Source: Chloroflexota bacterium
Lineage (GTDB): Bacteria; Chloroflexota; UBA11872; UBA12225
Assembly (NCBI GenBank): GCA_016199265.1
Contig: JACQGX010000088.1
Location: 1 to 63,135 of the forward strand
DNA: 63,135 nt
Direction: 5' to 3'
Made by a program: the position numbers and the translations under genes. Of the stretch, positions 1 through 7,601 are shown in pieces; position 1 is the first letter of the stretch, and the number at the start of each line of letters is the position of its first letter. The notes below the pieces were generated by a model. It was not told where the DNA came from and did not search any database. It saw only the letters and a list, made by a program, of their open reading frames with translations.

Positions 1-117
1 ACCGTCACCGCCACCTGCCGTCAGCAACAGCGCTCGGTGCTGGACTACCTCACCGCGGTCTGCACCGCCGCGCAACGCCGTCACCCGATCCCCTCTCTAC
101 TGCCGGCCGCGGCGTAG
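1..117 (+). mobile_element. 3' end of a transposase ORF entering from the left edge (partial)
   Basis: The frame is open from base 1 to the TAG at 115-117 and reads TVTATCRQQQRSVLDYLTAVCTAAQRRHPIPSLLPAAA. From memory, this TCRxQxRxVLDYL tail resembles C-termini of IS66/ISBst12-like transposases. It abuts a truncated host gene on the other strand. Confidence 0.35.
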
Positions 118-327
118 CACCGCTACCCCGTGAACGGCCACCGCCAGGCCAACGTACGCCTCACCCGCCACCCGGCCGCCGCGGGTCACAATCGCCGCCG
201 CGCCCGGCACAACATCGTCTTCGACCCACTGTTCGAGCAACCCGAAGGCGCGCCGCAGCCCGTCCGGGTCAAACGACGCCGCCCGCGCCCCATCTAGCGA
301 CACACCGCGCTCTGCCATTCTCGTCAT
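97..327 (-). pseudogene. N-terminal stub of a beta-lactamase-family serine hydrolase, truncated near the IS end
   Basis: An ATG at 327 is preceded by GGAGGGA. The product MTRMAERGVSLDGARAASFDPDGLRRAFGLLEQWVEDDVVPGAAAIVTRGGRVAGEAYVG matches the typical N-terminus of class C/esterase-type serine hydrolases. The frame then degenerates and stops before any SxxK motif. Confidence 0.5.
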
Positions 328-404
328 AGTCCCTCCGTGCCTCCTCTGGACAGCGCCATTGTCGCACGATCTCGACGTTTTAGCAACTGTGCATATGTCC
401 ATAA

Positions 405-418
405 ATTCATACGTGAAT
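405..418. promoter_or_regulatory. Palindrome ATTCA-TACG-TGAAT in the AT-rich region upstream of cbiM (candidate metalloregulator operator)
   Basis: This is a perfect 5-4-5 inverted repeat in the only AT-rich stretch upstream of cbiM. An ArsR-family gene lies at the other end of the cbiMQ pair. Confidence 0.25.
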
Positions 419-509
419 GCATGAGAAGAAGACAAAGTACGGCGGTTCTTCTTTACACATCAGTGCTATACTAAAGCTTGTCATCAGTTAAAGAAGAAAC
501 GATCAGGCA

Positions 510-1340
510 ATGACTCACATTATGGTGCCGGATGGAGTGCTGCCGTGGTGGCTTTCTGTCGCCGGCTGGCTCATCGCCACCGGACTGCTCGGCGTGACGC
601 TGCGCCGGCTGCGCACCGTCACGTCGTCACGCATGGTACCGCTCGTCGCGGTCATGACCGCCCTGATGGTCGTCGTGATGTCGTTCGAGCTGGTGCCGAT
701 CGGCTACGAGCTCCACCTGACGGTGCTCACCGGTCTGGTGATCGGCCCCTGGTACGGCGCGATCGCGGCGCTGCTCTTCAACGTGTTGCGGGCGTTCATC
801 GGCGACGGCGCCTTCACCAACATCGGACTCAATACCGCAGTCACGTGGATCGAGATCGCACTCGGCGCAGCATTCTGGGCGGCGCTTCGACCGCCGGCGC
901 AGCAGGGCCGGCCGGCGGTCGCCGCCGGTGCGGCGACGTTCGCCGGTCTCCTGCTGTCGACGCTCGTCTTCATTGGCGTGATGGGCATCTCGACGGTTGA
1001 GCCGGGCGAGCTCGTGGAAACGGGCGCCTATGACGTGGCGGCGGTTGGCTTCAAGGAATCGCCGTTTGGCGGCGGTCTCCTGAGCATCCACCTTTCGGAA
1101 CCCGAACGCGCGGCCGGGCACGACGACAGCCACGGCGACGCCACCCGTGAGTCCGCCGGGTTTGCGCGCTTCGCGCTGGCCGCGCTGATCCTGGGGGCGA
1201 TCGGCGCGCTGCTCGAAGCGACGCTGACCGGCGCGATCGTCGCCTATATCGCCCGCGTCCGACCGGGACTGCTCGACCTGCACCCGACGCCGGCGCGCGT
1301 ACGGCCGGCTTCCGTGTCGGTCGCCTCGTCTCAAGGGTAG
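510..1340 (+). CDS. cbiM: ECF-type cobalt/nickel uptake component CbiM/NikM-like, with a C-terminal extension carrying an extra TM helix
   Basis: The N-terminus MTHIMVPDGVLP is a CbiM-type MHIxDG-like motif. The protein has multiple hydrophobic helices and a His/Asp-rich loop (AAGHDDSHGD), and it is followed by cbiQ. Confidence 0.75.
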   Translation: MTHIMVPDGVLPWWLSVAGWLIATGLLGVTLRRLRTVTSSRMVPLVAVMTALMVVVMSFELVPIGYELHLTVLTGLVIGPWYGAIAALLFNVLRAFIGDGAFTNIGLNTAVTWIEIALGAAFWAALRPPAQQGRPAVAAGAATFAGLLLSTLVFIGVMGISTVEPGELVETGAYDVAAVGFKESPFGGGLLSIHLSEPERAAGHDDSHGDATRESAGFARFALAALILGAIGALLEATLTGAIVAYIARVRPGLLDLHPTPARVRPASVSVASSQG

Positions 1341-1347
1341 GTGTTTT

Positions 1348-1528
1348 TCACCGCAGAGACGCAGAGAGGGCGCAGAGAGGGCACAGAGAGCATCATGAGT
1401 CTTGCCACAGAAAGCACAGAGTACACAGAGAGGTTTCCTGGCCATCTGAGTCCTTTCTCTGTGCTCTCTGTGTGCTCTGTGGCTAACTTCTCGGTGTTCT
1501 CTGCGTGGAGTTTGCGTCTCTGCGGTGA
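1348..1528. repeat. Hairpin repeat element, CAGAGAG flavour
   Basis: There is a perfect 15-nt terminal inverted repeat: tcaccgcagagacgc at 1348-1362 and gcgtctctgcggtga at 1514-1528. The arms are made of gcagaga/cacagag tandem units. The 67-aa track ORF at 1341..1544 is just its translation. Confidence 0.85.
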
Positions 1529-1540
1529 GGTCGGTCTTCC

Positions 1541-2290
1541 ATGATCCGATTCGCTTCGCTTGATCGGTGGGCGACGCAGGGCGCGAGCTGGCTGCACCGC
1601 GCGTCGCCCGTGGCAAAATGGGCGCTGCTCGGGTCGGCGGTGCTGCTCGCCATCCTGGCGCGTGAGCCGTGGCCGCTGCTGGCCGGATACGCGGTGCTCG
1701 TGCTCGCCGTCGCCTCGTGCCGGCTGCCGGTGGGCACACTCGTGCTCGTCTCGCTCCTGCCGGTGCCGATGTTTGGCCTGGTGGCGCTCTCGCGCTGGAA
1801 CGGCGACGTCAACGTACCGCTGACGATCGTCGCCAAGGGGACACTCACGGCGATGGCCGGCATCGTCGTCGCCGCGACGACGCCCTACCCGGATCTGCTC
1901 GCGCCGGCCACCCGCGTCTTGCCGGCGGTGGTGGCCGACAGCCTGGTGCTCACGTACCGCGCCTTGTTCCTGCTGGTGGCGCGGGTCGAGGCATTCCGGC
2001 TCGCGCTGCAAGCCCGAGGCGGAGTCTTCGGGCGCCCGGCGCCCGGCGCCCTGCCGTGGCCGGCGCGCGGCACGACGTGGCGCCGCCGCTTCGCGCTCGC
2101 CGCGACCGGCGCGGCCATGACCGTGGTGCGCGCCGTCGACGTCAGTACGCGCCTCTACGACGTGATGCGCCTGCGCGGGTACCACGGACGGCTCAGTCCG
2201 ACGCGCCCGCTCGCGCCGCGCCGGGCCGATTGGCGGCCGCTGATCTTGGCGCTCGGCTTGGTCGCGCTCGGCGTTGCCGCCCGACTCTAA
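1541..2290 (+). CDS. cbiQ: ECF transporter transmembrane (T) component CbiQ
   Basis: The protein is polytopic and carries the CbiQ-type segment LVLTYRALFLLVARVEAFRLALQARG. It lies immediately downstream of cbiM. Confidence 0.75.
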   Translation: MIRFASLDRWATQGASWLHRASPVAKWALLGSAVLLAILAREPWPLLAGYAVLVLAVASCRLPVGTLVLVSLLPVPMFGLVALSRWNGDVNVPLTIVAKGTLTAMAGIVVAATTPYPDLLAPATRVLPAVVADSLVLTYRALFLLVARVEAFRLALQARGGVFGRPAPGALPWPARGTTWRRRFALAATGAAMTVVRAVDVSTRLYDVMRLRGYHGRLSPTRPLAPRRADWRPLILALGLVALGVAARL

Positions 2291-2383
2291 ACTCGGTCCG
2301 CCGTCCCAGGTCCAAAGTCCCAGGTCGGCCGCCAGATGCCACGTTCTTTGGACATTGGACTTGCGACTTTGGACCTGGTTTAG
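2287..2383. repeat. Hairpin repeat element, GTCCAAAG flavour, bounded by CTAAAC...GTTTAG
   Basis: The left arm reads ctaaactcggtcc...caggtccaaagtcccaggtc and the right arm reads ctttggacattggacttgcgactttggacctggtttag. The cbiQ stop TAA (2288-2290) lies within the terminal CTAAAC. Confidence 0.8.
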
Positions 2384-2394
2384 GAGCGGGGTGA

Positions 2395-2829
2395 CTACGA
2401 CACGTTCGCGGCGGCGGGGTCGTCGAGGTGTGTCAGTGCGGTGCTGAGCAGCGCGCGGATACACTCGTCGGCCAGGCTGTAGTAGACGACGCGTCCTACC
2501 TTGCGGTTGCGCACGAGCCGGAGGCTGCGTAGGACGCGCAGATGCTGCGAGACGGCCGATTCGGAGATGCCGGCCAGCGCTGCCAGGTCGCAGACGCAGA
2601 GGTCGATGGCCATCAGCGCGTGCAGGATCTTGGCCCGGCTGGCGTCCCCCAACGCCCGGAAGATCTCGGCAAGCTCGACGTAGTACTCGTCCGAATGAAG
2701 CGTCCGTTCGGCGCGCTCGATCGCCTCCGGATGCACCATCCGCGTGGTGCAGCCGTCGCCGGGTACCGGCGCCCCATGGTGCTCGCCGGCCCGGCCGGTG
2801 GCGTTCGCTGGATGAATCGACGTGATCAT
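2395..2829 (-). CDS. ArsR/SmtB-family metalloregulator
   Basis: The winged-HTH region reads ELAEIFRALGDASRAKILHALMAIDLCVCDLAALAGISESAVSQHLRVLRSLRLVRNRKVGRVVYYSL. The N-tail is rich in His and Cys. A GGGAGGG sequence lies upstream of the ATG at 2829. Confidence 0.85.
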   Translation of the reverse strand: MITSIHPANATGRAGEHHGAPVPGDGCTTRMVHPEAIERAERTLHSDEYYVELAEIFRALGDASRAKILHALMAIDLCVCDLAALAGISESAVSQHLRVLRSLRLVRNRKVGRVVYYSLADECIRALLSTALTHLDDPAAANVS

Positions 2830-2841
2830 GAACCGCCCTCC

Positions 2842-2910
2842 CTAAACCAAGTGCAAGGTGCAAAGTGCAAAGTGAACAGCCCTGCGGGTTCCACCGCGGC
2901 TGTGCTTTAG
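2842..2910. repeat. Hairpin repeat element, GTGCAAAG flavour (degenerate right arm)
   Basis: The sequence is ctaaaccaagtgcaaggtgcaaagtgcaaagtgaa...gctttag, matching the consensus seen at 5574, 28864 and 62282. Confidence 0.75.
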
Positions 2911-3095
2911 TGTCGTCGTGCAGTCGCGCAAGGCTCCTGGGCCCCGCCTTCGAGCTGCCTACTATCACGATACACTTTGGCGGAAGCCGGCTGTCCGGCG
3001 CGACGCGTCGTACCGCTTTTTGGCCGCAGCGGCCGCCGTGCTATCGTGGCTTCCGGATGCGTGTTTTTCTCGCAAGCGAGCAAAGGAGGTTCACC

Positions 3096-4580
3096 GTGGC
3101 TGCGACGAGGACACCAGCAAGGAGACCGGTGGCGACCACTGCCGGTGGCCCGCGGGGCGACGCGGGACCGATCGAGCGGTTCTTCGGCGTGCGGGCCAGC
3201 GGGAGCTCGATCGGGACCGAAGTGCGTGCGGGAATCACGACCTTCTTCGTGATGGCCTACATCATCTTCGTCAACCCGGCGATACTCTCGTTTGCCGGCA
3301 TTCCGGCCCTCGAGGGGCAAGGCCCGCCGTTCTTCGCGGTCGTGGCCGCGACGGCGCTGGTAGCCGGTGTAATGACGCTGGCGATGGCGCTCTCTGCCAA
3401 TTACCCGCTGGCGATTGCGCCCGGCATGGGGCTCAACGCCGTCGTCGCCTTCCAACTGGTCGCCGGTGCCGGCTTGTCGTGGCAGGCGGCGATGGGCGTG
3501 GTCTTCATGGAAGGGGTGCTGATCACGATCTTGGTGCTCACCGGGTTTCGGGAGGCGGTGGTGAACGCCTTCCCGCTGACGCTCAAGCGGGCGATCGGCG
3601 TCGGCATCGGGCTCTTCATCCTGTTCATCGGACTCTATCAGGGCGGTTTTGTCCGCGTACCCGTGGCGCTCGGCGAATCAGTAACCGCGCCGCCGCCGGT
3701 ACCGCTAGCGCTGGGGAACTTCACGACGCTGCCGTTTGTCATGGCGCTGCTTGGGCTGCTGATCACCGTCGCGCTCGTCGCGCGCAACGTGCGCGGCGCG
3801 CTGCTGACCGGTATCTTGACGACGACCGTCATCGCGACGATCGTGCACTACGCGACCGGCGCACCGGTGTCGTCGGTGCCGACCGCGGCGACACTGCCGG
3901 CGCAGGCCTTCGCGCTGCCGGACCTCTCGACGCTCGGCGCCGGGATCAACTTCGAAGCGTTTGCGTTCATGGGCATCCTGGCCGCGCTGCTGGCCGTCTT
4001 CTCGTTGATGCTCTCAGACTTCTTCGACACGATGGGCACGGTGATGGGAATCGGCGCCGAAGCCGGCTGGCTCGACGAGAACGGGCGGCTGCCGCGCCTC
4101 AACCGCGTGCTGGTGGTCGACTCGCTCGCCGCGGTCGTCGGCGGGGCGGCCGGCACCTCGTCGGCGACGACGTACATCGAGAGCGCAGCCGGTGTCTCCG
4201 AGGGGGCCAAGACCGGCTTGGCGTCGGTGGTCACGGCGCTGCTGTTCTTCGCGGCGCTGTTTATCGCGCCAGTCGCGGGCATGATCCCGCCCGAGGCGAC
4301 GGCGCCGGCGCTGATTGTCGTCGGGTTCTACATGGCTTCGGTCGCGCGCGGCATCGACTTCGGCGACGTCGAAATCGGCCTACCGGCGCTGTTGACGATC
4401 GTCGGCATGCCGTTGACGTACTCGATCACGAACGGCATCGGCTTTGGCGTGCTGAGCTTTATCGCGGTCAAGGCGGCGCGCGGCAAGGTGCGCGAGCTGC
4501 ACCCGATGGTCTGGATCGTCGGCCTCGCCTTCCTGCTCTACTTCGCGCTGCCGGCGCTGCAGCTCGGGTTCGGCGTGTAG
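3096..4580 (+). CDS. NCS2/AzgA-family purine (adenine/guanine/hypoxanthine) permease
   Basis: The family-typical segment IERFFGVRASGSSIGTEVRAGITTFFVMAYIIFVNPAIL is present, with about 12 hydrophobic segments. The GTG at 3096 is preceded by AAGGAGG at 3083-3089. The longer track start at 2865 runs through a repeat element. Confidence 0.85.
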   Translation: MAATRTPARRPVATTAGGPRGDAGPIERFFGVRASGSSIGTEVRAGITTFFVMAYIIFVNPAILSFAGIPALEGQGPPFFAVVAATALVAGVMTLAMALSANYPLAIAPGMGLNAVVAFQLVAGAGLSWQAAMGVVFMEGVLITILVLTGFREAVVNAFPLTLKRAIGVGIGLFILFIGLYQGGFVRVPVALGESVTAPPPVPLALGNFTTLPFVMALLGLLITVALVARNVRGALLTGILTTTVIATIVHYATGAPVSSVPTAATLPAQAFALPDLSTLGAGINFEAFAFMGILAALLAVFSLMLSDFFDTMGTVMGIGAEAGWLDENGRLPRLNRVLVVDSLAAVVGGAAGTSSATTYIESAAGVSEGAKTGLASVVTALLFFAALFIAPVAGMIPPEATAPALIVVGFYMASVARGIDFGDVEIGLPALLTIVGMPLTYSITNGIGFGVLSFIAVKAARGKVRELHPMVWIVGLAFLLYFALPALQLGFGV

Positions 4581-4639
4581 CGGCGCGTCGCGGCTGTGCC
4601 TGATCCGGTGGGCCGGCATTGCACGCCGGCGGCGCCGGC

Positions 4640-5050
4640 CTATCCGTCCCGTGGCTTGTCCCACTGTTCCCGCACGTATTGCTCTGCCTCGTCTGGTGTC
4701 ATAGCGGCGATTTCTTCCTCGCTCTTGCCGAACTGGTACTTGAGCGCGTCGACGACCCACTGCGGCGGCGCTGGCGCAAGCTCGGGAGTCGGTGCCGGCG
4801 GCCGGCGCACTGGTCGTCTCGTGAGCAGAGTCTCCCAAAACCGATCCTGCGTGACCATTAGCTGCGTGCGGAGGATGAACGAGAATTGGCTCGGGGGCAT
4901 GCTCTTGGCAGCCGCGAACGATGTGTGAGTCCGCAACACGGTTCCGTCCGGAAGCACCTTTCGGTAAAAGGTGTGCCCGGTGCTGCGGACCAGCTCCCAC
5001 CCATCGATGCGGCAGAACTCGACTACCTCCTGCCAGGTTGGCGTTCTCAC
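4640..5050 (-). CDS. HicA-like toxin-domain protein with a ~70-aa C-terminal extension
   Basis: The N-terminal segment TWQEVVEFCRIDGWELVRSTGHTFYRKVLPDGTVLRTHTS fits the YcfA/HicA pattern (xxGWxxxRxxGxHxxF). Its start overlaps the upstream gene's stop in an ATGA. Confidence 0.5.
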   Translation of the reverse strand: MRTPTWQEVVEFCRIDGWELVRSTGHTFYRKVLPDGTVLRTHTSFAAAKSMPPSQFSFILRTQLMVTQDRFWETLLTRRPVRRPPAPTPELAPAPPQWVVDALKYQFGKSEEEIAAMTPDEAEQYVREQWDKPRDG

Positions 5051-5520
5051 TCCGCTGCCTGCCGCAGTTGCCGCAAGTCCGGAGGGAGCTCGTCCAGCAG
5101 GTCAACCTGCCGGTCCGGAGGCGTCAAGGCGAACCGTAAGAGCCAGGGAAGATGCTCTGCCCGCTTCGTCTTGGAGTAGAAGGCCCAGTCCTCGAAGAAC
5201 TCGTGGGCGTACACGCGCAACTCGTTGACGGCATCCGTGGTTGCCTCCTCAAGCGACTCGCCAAACCCAAGGATGCCCAGCTTCTCGATAACAATCGTCA
5301 CTTCACCTGGCGATACATCCGCCCGGGCGTCAAAGTGGAACGACTCCAGCGCCTTCAGGAGGTCGTCCGGCCGCATAAGAAGCATCGCCTCCTTGCCGCG
5401 GTGACGAAAGATGAGGCGTGGTTGATGTTCATGTACAACCGACGTCATCAGGTCAGAAAGGCGGGCCTTCGCCTCCGAAAAGTCGACGGCCGGCAACGGG
5501 ACCGGGGCCGCTGTGCTCAT
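5047..5520 (-). CDS. Phd/YefM-like antitoxin-domain protein with an extra C-terminal domain
   Basis: The segment FSEAKARLSDLMTSVVHEHQPRLIFRHRGKEAMLLMRPDD is a typical Phd/YefM N-terminal domain. The gene is translationally coupled to the HicA-like gene. Confidence 0.55.
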   Translation of the reverse strand: MSTAAPVPLPAVDFSEAKARLSDLMTSVVHEHQPRLIFRHRGKEAMLLMRPDDLLKALESFHFDARADVSPGEVTIVIEKLGILGFGESLEEATTDAVNELRVYAHEFFEDWAFYSKTKRAEHLPWLLRFALTPPDRQVDLLDELPPDLRQLRQAAE

Positions 5521-5540
5521 GGCCAGAGCGTATCAGTTCT

Positions 5541-5567
5541 GGTCAATCTGGTCAATCTGATCATTGT
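5541..5567. promoter_or_regulatory. Tandem 9-mers GGTCAATCT x2 (plus a degenerate third) just upstream of the Phd-like gene start; candidate operator
   Basis: The units ggtcaatct ggtcaatct gatcattgt occupy 5541-5567, which is 21-47 nt upstream of the ATG at 5520 on the minus strand. Confidence 0.3.
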
Positions 5568-5573
5568 GGTCAG

Positions 5574-5635
5574 CTAAACCAAGTGCAAAGCGCAAAGTGA
5601 GGCTGCCTGCCGGTTACACCTTGGCTTTGGTGTAG
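5574..5635. repeat. Hairpin repeat element, GTGCAAAG flavour
   Basis: The sequence is ctaaaccaagtgcaaagcgcaaagtgaggctgcctgccggttacaccttggctttggtgtag. Confidence 0.8.
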
Positions 5636-5704
5636 ACCACCAGCAGCGGGCGCCGGGTGCGGTCGGCGAGCAGATCCAACCGCCGATTGCGCCGCCCTCG
5701 GCGG

Positions 5705-6352
5705 CTACACCGGCCGCCAGACCGGGATCATGTCGTAGCTCGTTCCGGTCTCGTCGAGCACGTCCCGCACGGCCCCGGCCTGCGACGCAGGCAGCAGCAT
5801 CGCCCCCCGCGCCAACTGGACGGCGGGTGCGGCGACCACCCCGGGCCGGCCCCCACGGCCGTGCAGGCGCCGGCTGAGGCGCACGCCCTTGTGCGGCGGC
5901 ATGCCCGCAGCGGAGAAGCGGACCACCACCCAAGGGGCAAGACCAGCGGGCTGCATCGCCGCGAGGGCCGCCGCTTCAGCGAACAACACGACCCCGTCCG
6001 ACCAGATGCCGTGGAACAGGTCCGCCCCGATCTCTTCGGGTGCGTCCGCGTTGGCCACGAGTACGGCGAGGTGCATCGGGAGCCGGAACGTGCCCTCGGT
6101 TTCGATGGCGGCGCGGACGACCGCGCCCCGGATGCCGGCGAGCGGGTGCTCCTGCCGGGGGCAAGCCAGGACGAGCAGGTCGACGTCGCTCTTCCGCCCG
6201 AAGTCACCGCGTGCGTATGAACCGAAGAGCACGAGCGCGACCGCCCCCTCGATATCCCGGACCCGCCGGGTCAGCGCATCCAACGCGTCGATCAGGCGGC
6301 CGGCGACCTCCTCAGGCCAGGGACCACGCCTCAACCTGCGCGAGAAGTTCAT
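5705..6352 (-). CDS. Nucleotidyltransferase (MNT/Pol-beta superfamily) domain fused to a C-terminal beta-alpha-beta domain of unknown function
   Basis: The NTase motif is LVLFGSYARGDFGRKSDVDLLVL. The C-terminal ~90 aa (WVVVRFSAAGMPPHKGVRLSRRLHG...VQLARGAMLLPASQAGAVRDVLDETG) looks like the Cas2/PaaX-middle-domain pattern. The start is uncertain (ATG at 6352 or 6376). Confidence 0.65.
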   Translation of the reverse strand: MNFSRRLRRGPWPEEVAGRLIDALDALTRRVRDIEGAVALVLFGSYARGDFGRKSDVDLLVLACPRQEHPLAGIRGAVVRAAIETEGTFRLPMHLAVLVANADAPEEIGADLFHGIWSDGVVLFAEAAALAAMQPAGLAPWVVVRFSAAGMPPHKGVRLSRRLHGRGGRPGVVAAPAVQLARGAMLLPASQAGAVRDVLDETGTSYDMIPVWRPV

Positions 6353-6650
6353 CCAAGTCGTGCGCCGTGGTGCCATTGCCCTGTCTTCCGTACCAGCGGC
6401 CGGTCCGGATGCTCTCGATCTCGCCGAACGCCTCGGCCACGGCCGAGTATCCTTGCTGGTCGAGCCAGCGCGTCACGCCCCGGTGCTGGTCGAGGTCGAT
6501 CCCGTGCCGGCGCAATGCACCGGCCGCGACGGCATGGATCACCATGCCGTGGGTCAGTTCCGCGTAAGCACGGATGTCCTCAACCGGGTCGAGCTTGGCC
6601 CGCGCCCGCCGCACCTGCTCCAGCGCCGCCCGGTGACCCGCCTCATTCAC
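6312..6650 (-). CDS. Helical HEPN-like protein, upstream partner of the NTase fusion
   Basis: The sequence is all-helical, and the C-terminal segment ESIRTGRWYGRQGNGTTAHDLDELLAQVEAW resembles the HEPN (PF05168-type) R...Y...t.eeA region. The GTG at 6650 follows GGGAGGG. The gene overlaps the NTase gene start. Confidence 0.4.
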   Translation of the reverse strand: MNEAGHRAALEQVRRARAKLDPVEDIRAYAELTHGMVIHAVAAGALRRHGIDLDQHRGVTRWLDQQGYSAVAEAFGEIESIRTGRWYGRQGNGTTAHDLDELLAQVEAWSLA

Positions 6651-6749
6651 CCCACCCTCCCAAACTGGAAAAGTACTATCCAGACTAGCAAATATGGATA
6701 ACATATTGCCACCGCCCGGTCCCTGACTGTATGCCCTCTCGTCTGGTGC

Positions 6750-7475
6750 TCATCCGCCTCGTGCGCAGTCCTCGGCCATACGGGCGATCCAGTCGGGCCG
6801 CCCGCAGGCCACTTCGTCTACGCCCATATCTACCATGCGGCGGAAGACGGCGTACGACTCGTCGTACGTCATGTTGTCGGGCATCCCACAGCGGACGTGC
6901 AACCCGGCGCGCTTGGCGGCGGCGATCTGGTCTGGCACCGCGGCACGGGGCCAGACGATCAACAGGCTGACGCCCAACCGAGCGATCACCTCTTCTGGAT
7001 CGAACGGCCGCGGCGTCGTCAAGAAATAGGCCGTGGCGAGGCGCGGCTGCAGTTCCTTGACCCGCTGCAGCATCTCCTCGTTGAAGGCCGAGATGGTGCA
7101 ATCCTCCACCATCTCGGCCTGCTCGATCAGCGCGACCACGTCGGCGGCGATCCCGTCGTCCTTCAACTCCACGAGCAACTTGCACCGCCCCTTGACGTGC
7201 GCCAGTACCTCAGAGAGCGTGGGGATCGGTTCCGTGCCCCCGGCCCGCAAGCGCTTCAGCTCCGCCAGCGGCAGGTCGGCCACCCGCCCGCTGCCATTGG
7301 TCGTGCGGTCGACCGTCGCATCGTGCATGAGCACGAGGTGCCCGTCTCGGCTGCGGCGCACGTCGCACTCGATTCGGTAGGTGCCCTGCTCAATGGCCTT
7401 CTCGAAGGCCGCCAGCGTGTTCTCCGGTGCATAGCACATCGCCCCACGGTGGGCGCCTACGAGAATCGTCCGCAC
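6750..7475 (-). CDS. Glycerophosphodiester phosphodiesterase (GDPD family)
   Basis: The sequence LVGAHRGAMCYAPENTLAAFEKAIEQGTYRIECDVRRSRDGHLVLMHDATVDRTTNGSG is the canonical GDPD N-terminal active-site region. Confidence 0.85.
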   Translation of the reverse strand: MRTILVGAHRGAMCYAPENTLAAFEKAIEQGTYRIECDVRRSRDGHLVLMHDATVDRTTNGSGRVADLPLAELKRLRAGGTEPIPTLSEVLAHVKGRCKLLVELKDDGIAADVVALIEQAEMVEDCTISAFNEEMLQRVKELQPRLATAYFLTTPRPFDPEEVIARLGVSLLIVWPRAAVPDQIAAAKRAGLHVRCGMPDNMTYDESYAVFRRMVDMGVDEVACGRPDWIARMAEDCARGG

Positions 7476-7601
7476 AGCTTACTTTCTCCTTCCACGTGTC
7501 GCACTGCCCAGTCGGCCTCTACTCCAGAACGCCGACCAGACTCCGTCCAAAGCCGAGGCTCCCCGCTCCCAGAAAAGCAATCTGGGCCATGTGATCGTTC
7601 G

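Noticed and set aside
1341-1544. A 67-aa ORF (FFTAETQRGRREGTESIM...).
   Set aside because: It is entirely the translation of the CAGAGAG-flavour hairpin element between cbiM and cbiQ.
2911-3095. A possible purine riboswitch upstream of the purine permease.
   Set aside because: I could not find the conserved J1/2 (UAUA), J2/3 (UUUCUACC) or J3/1 elements, nor a three-way junction.
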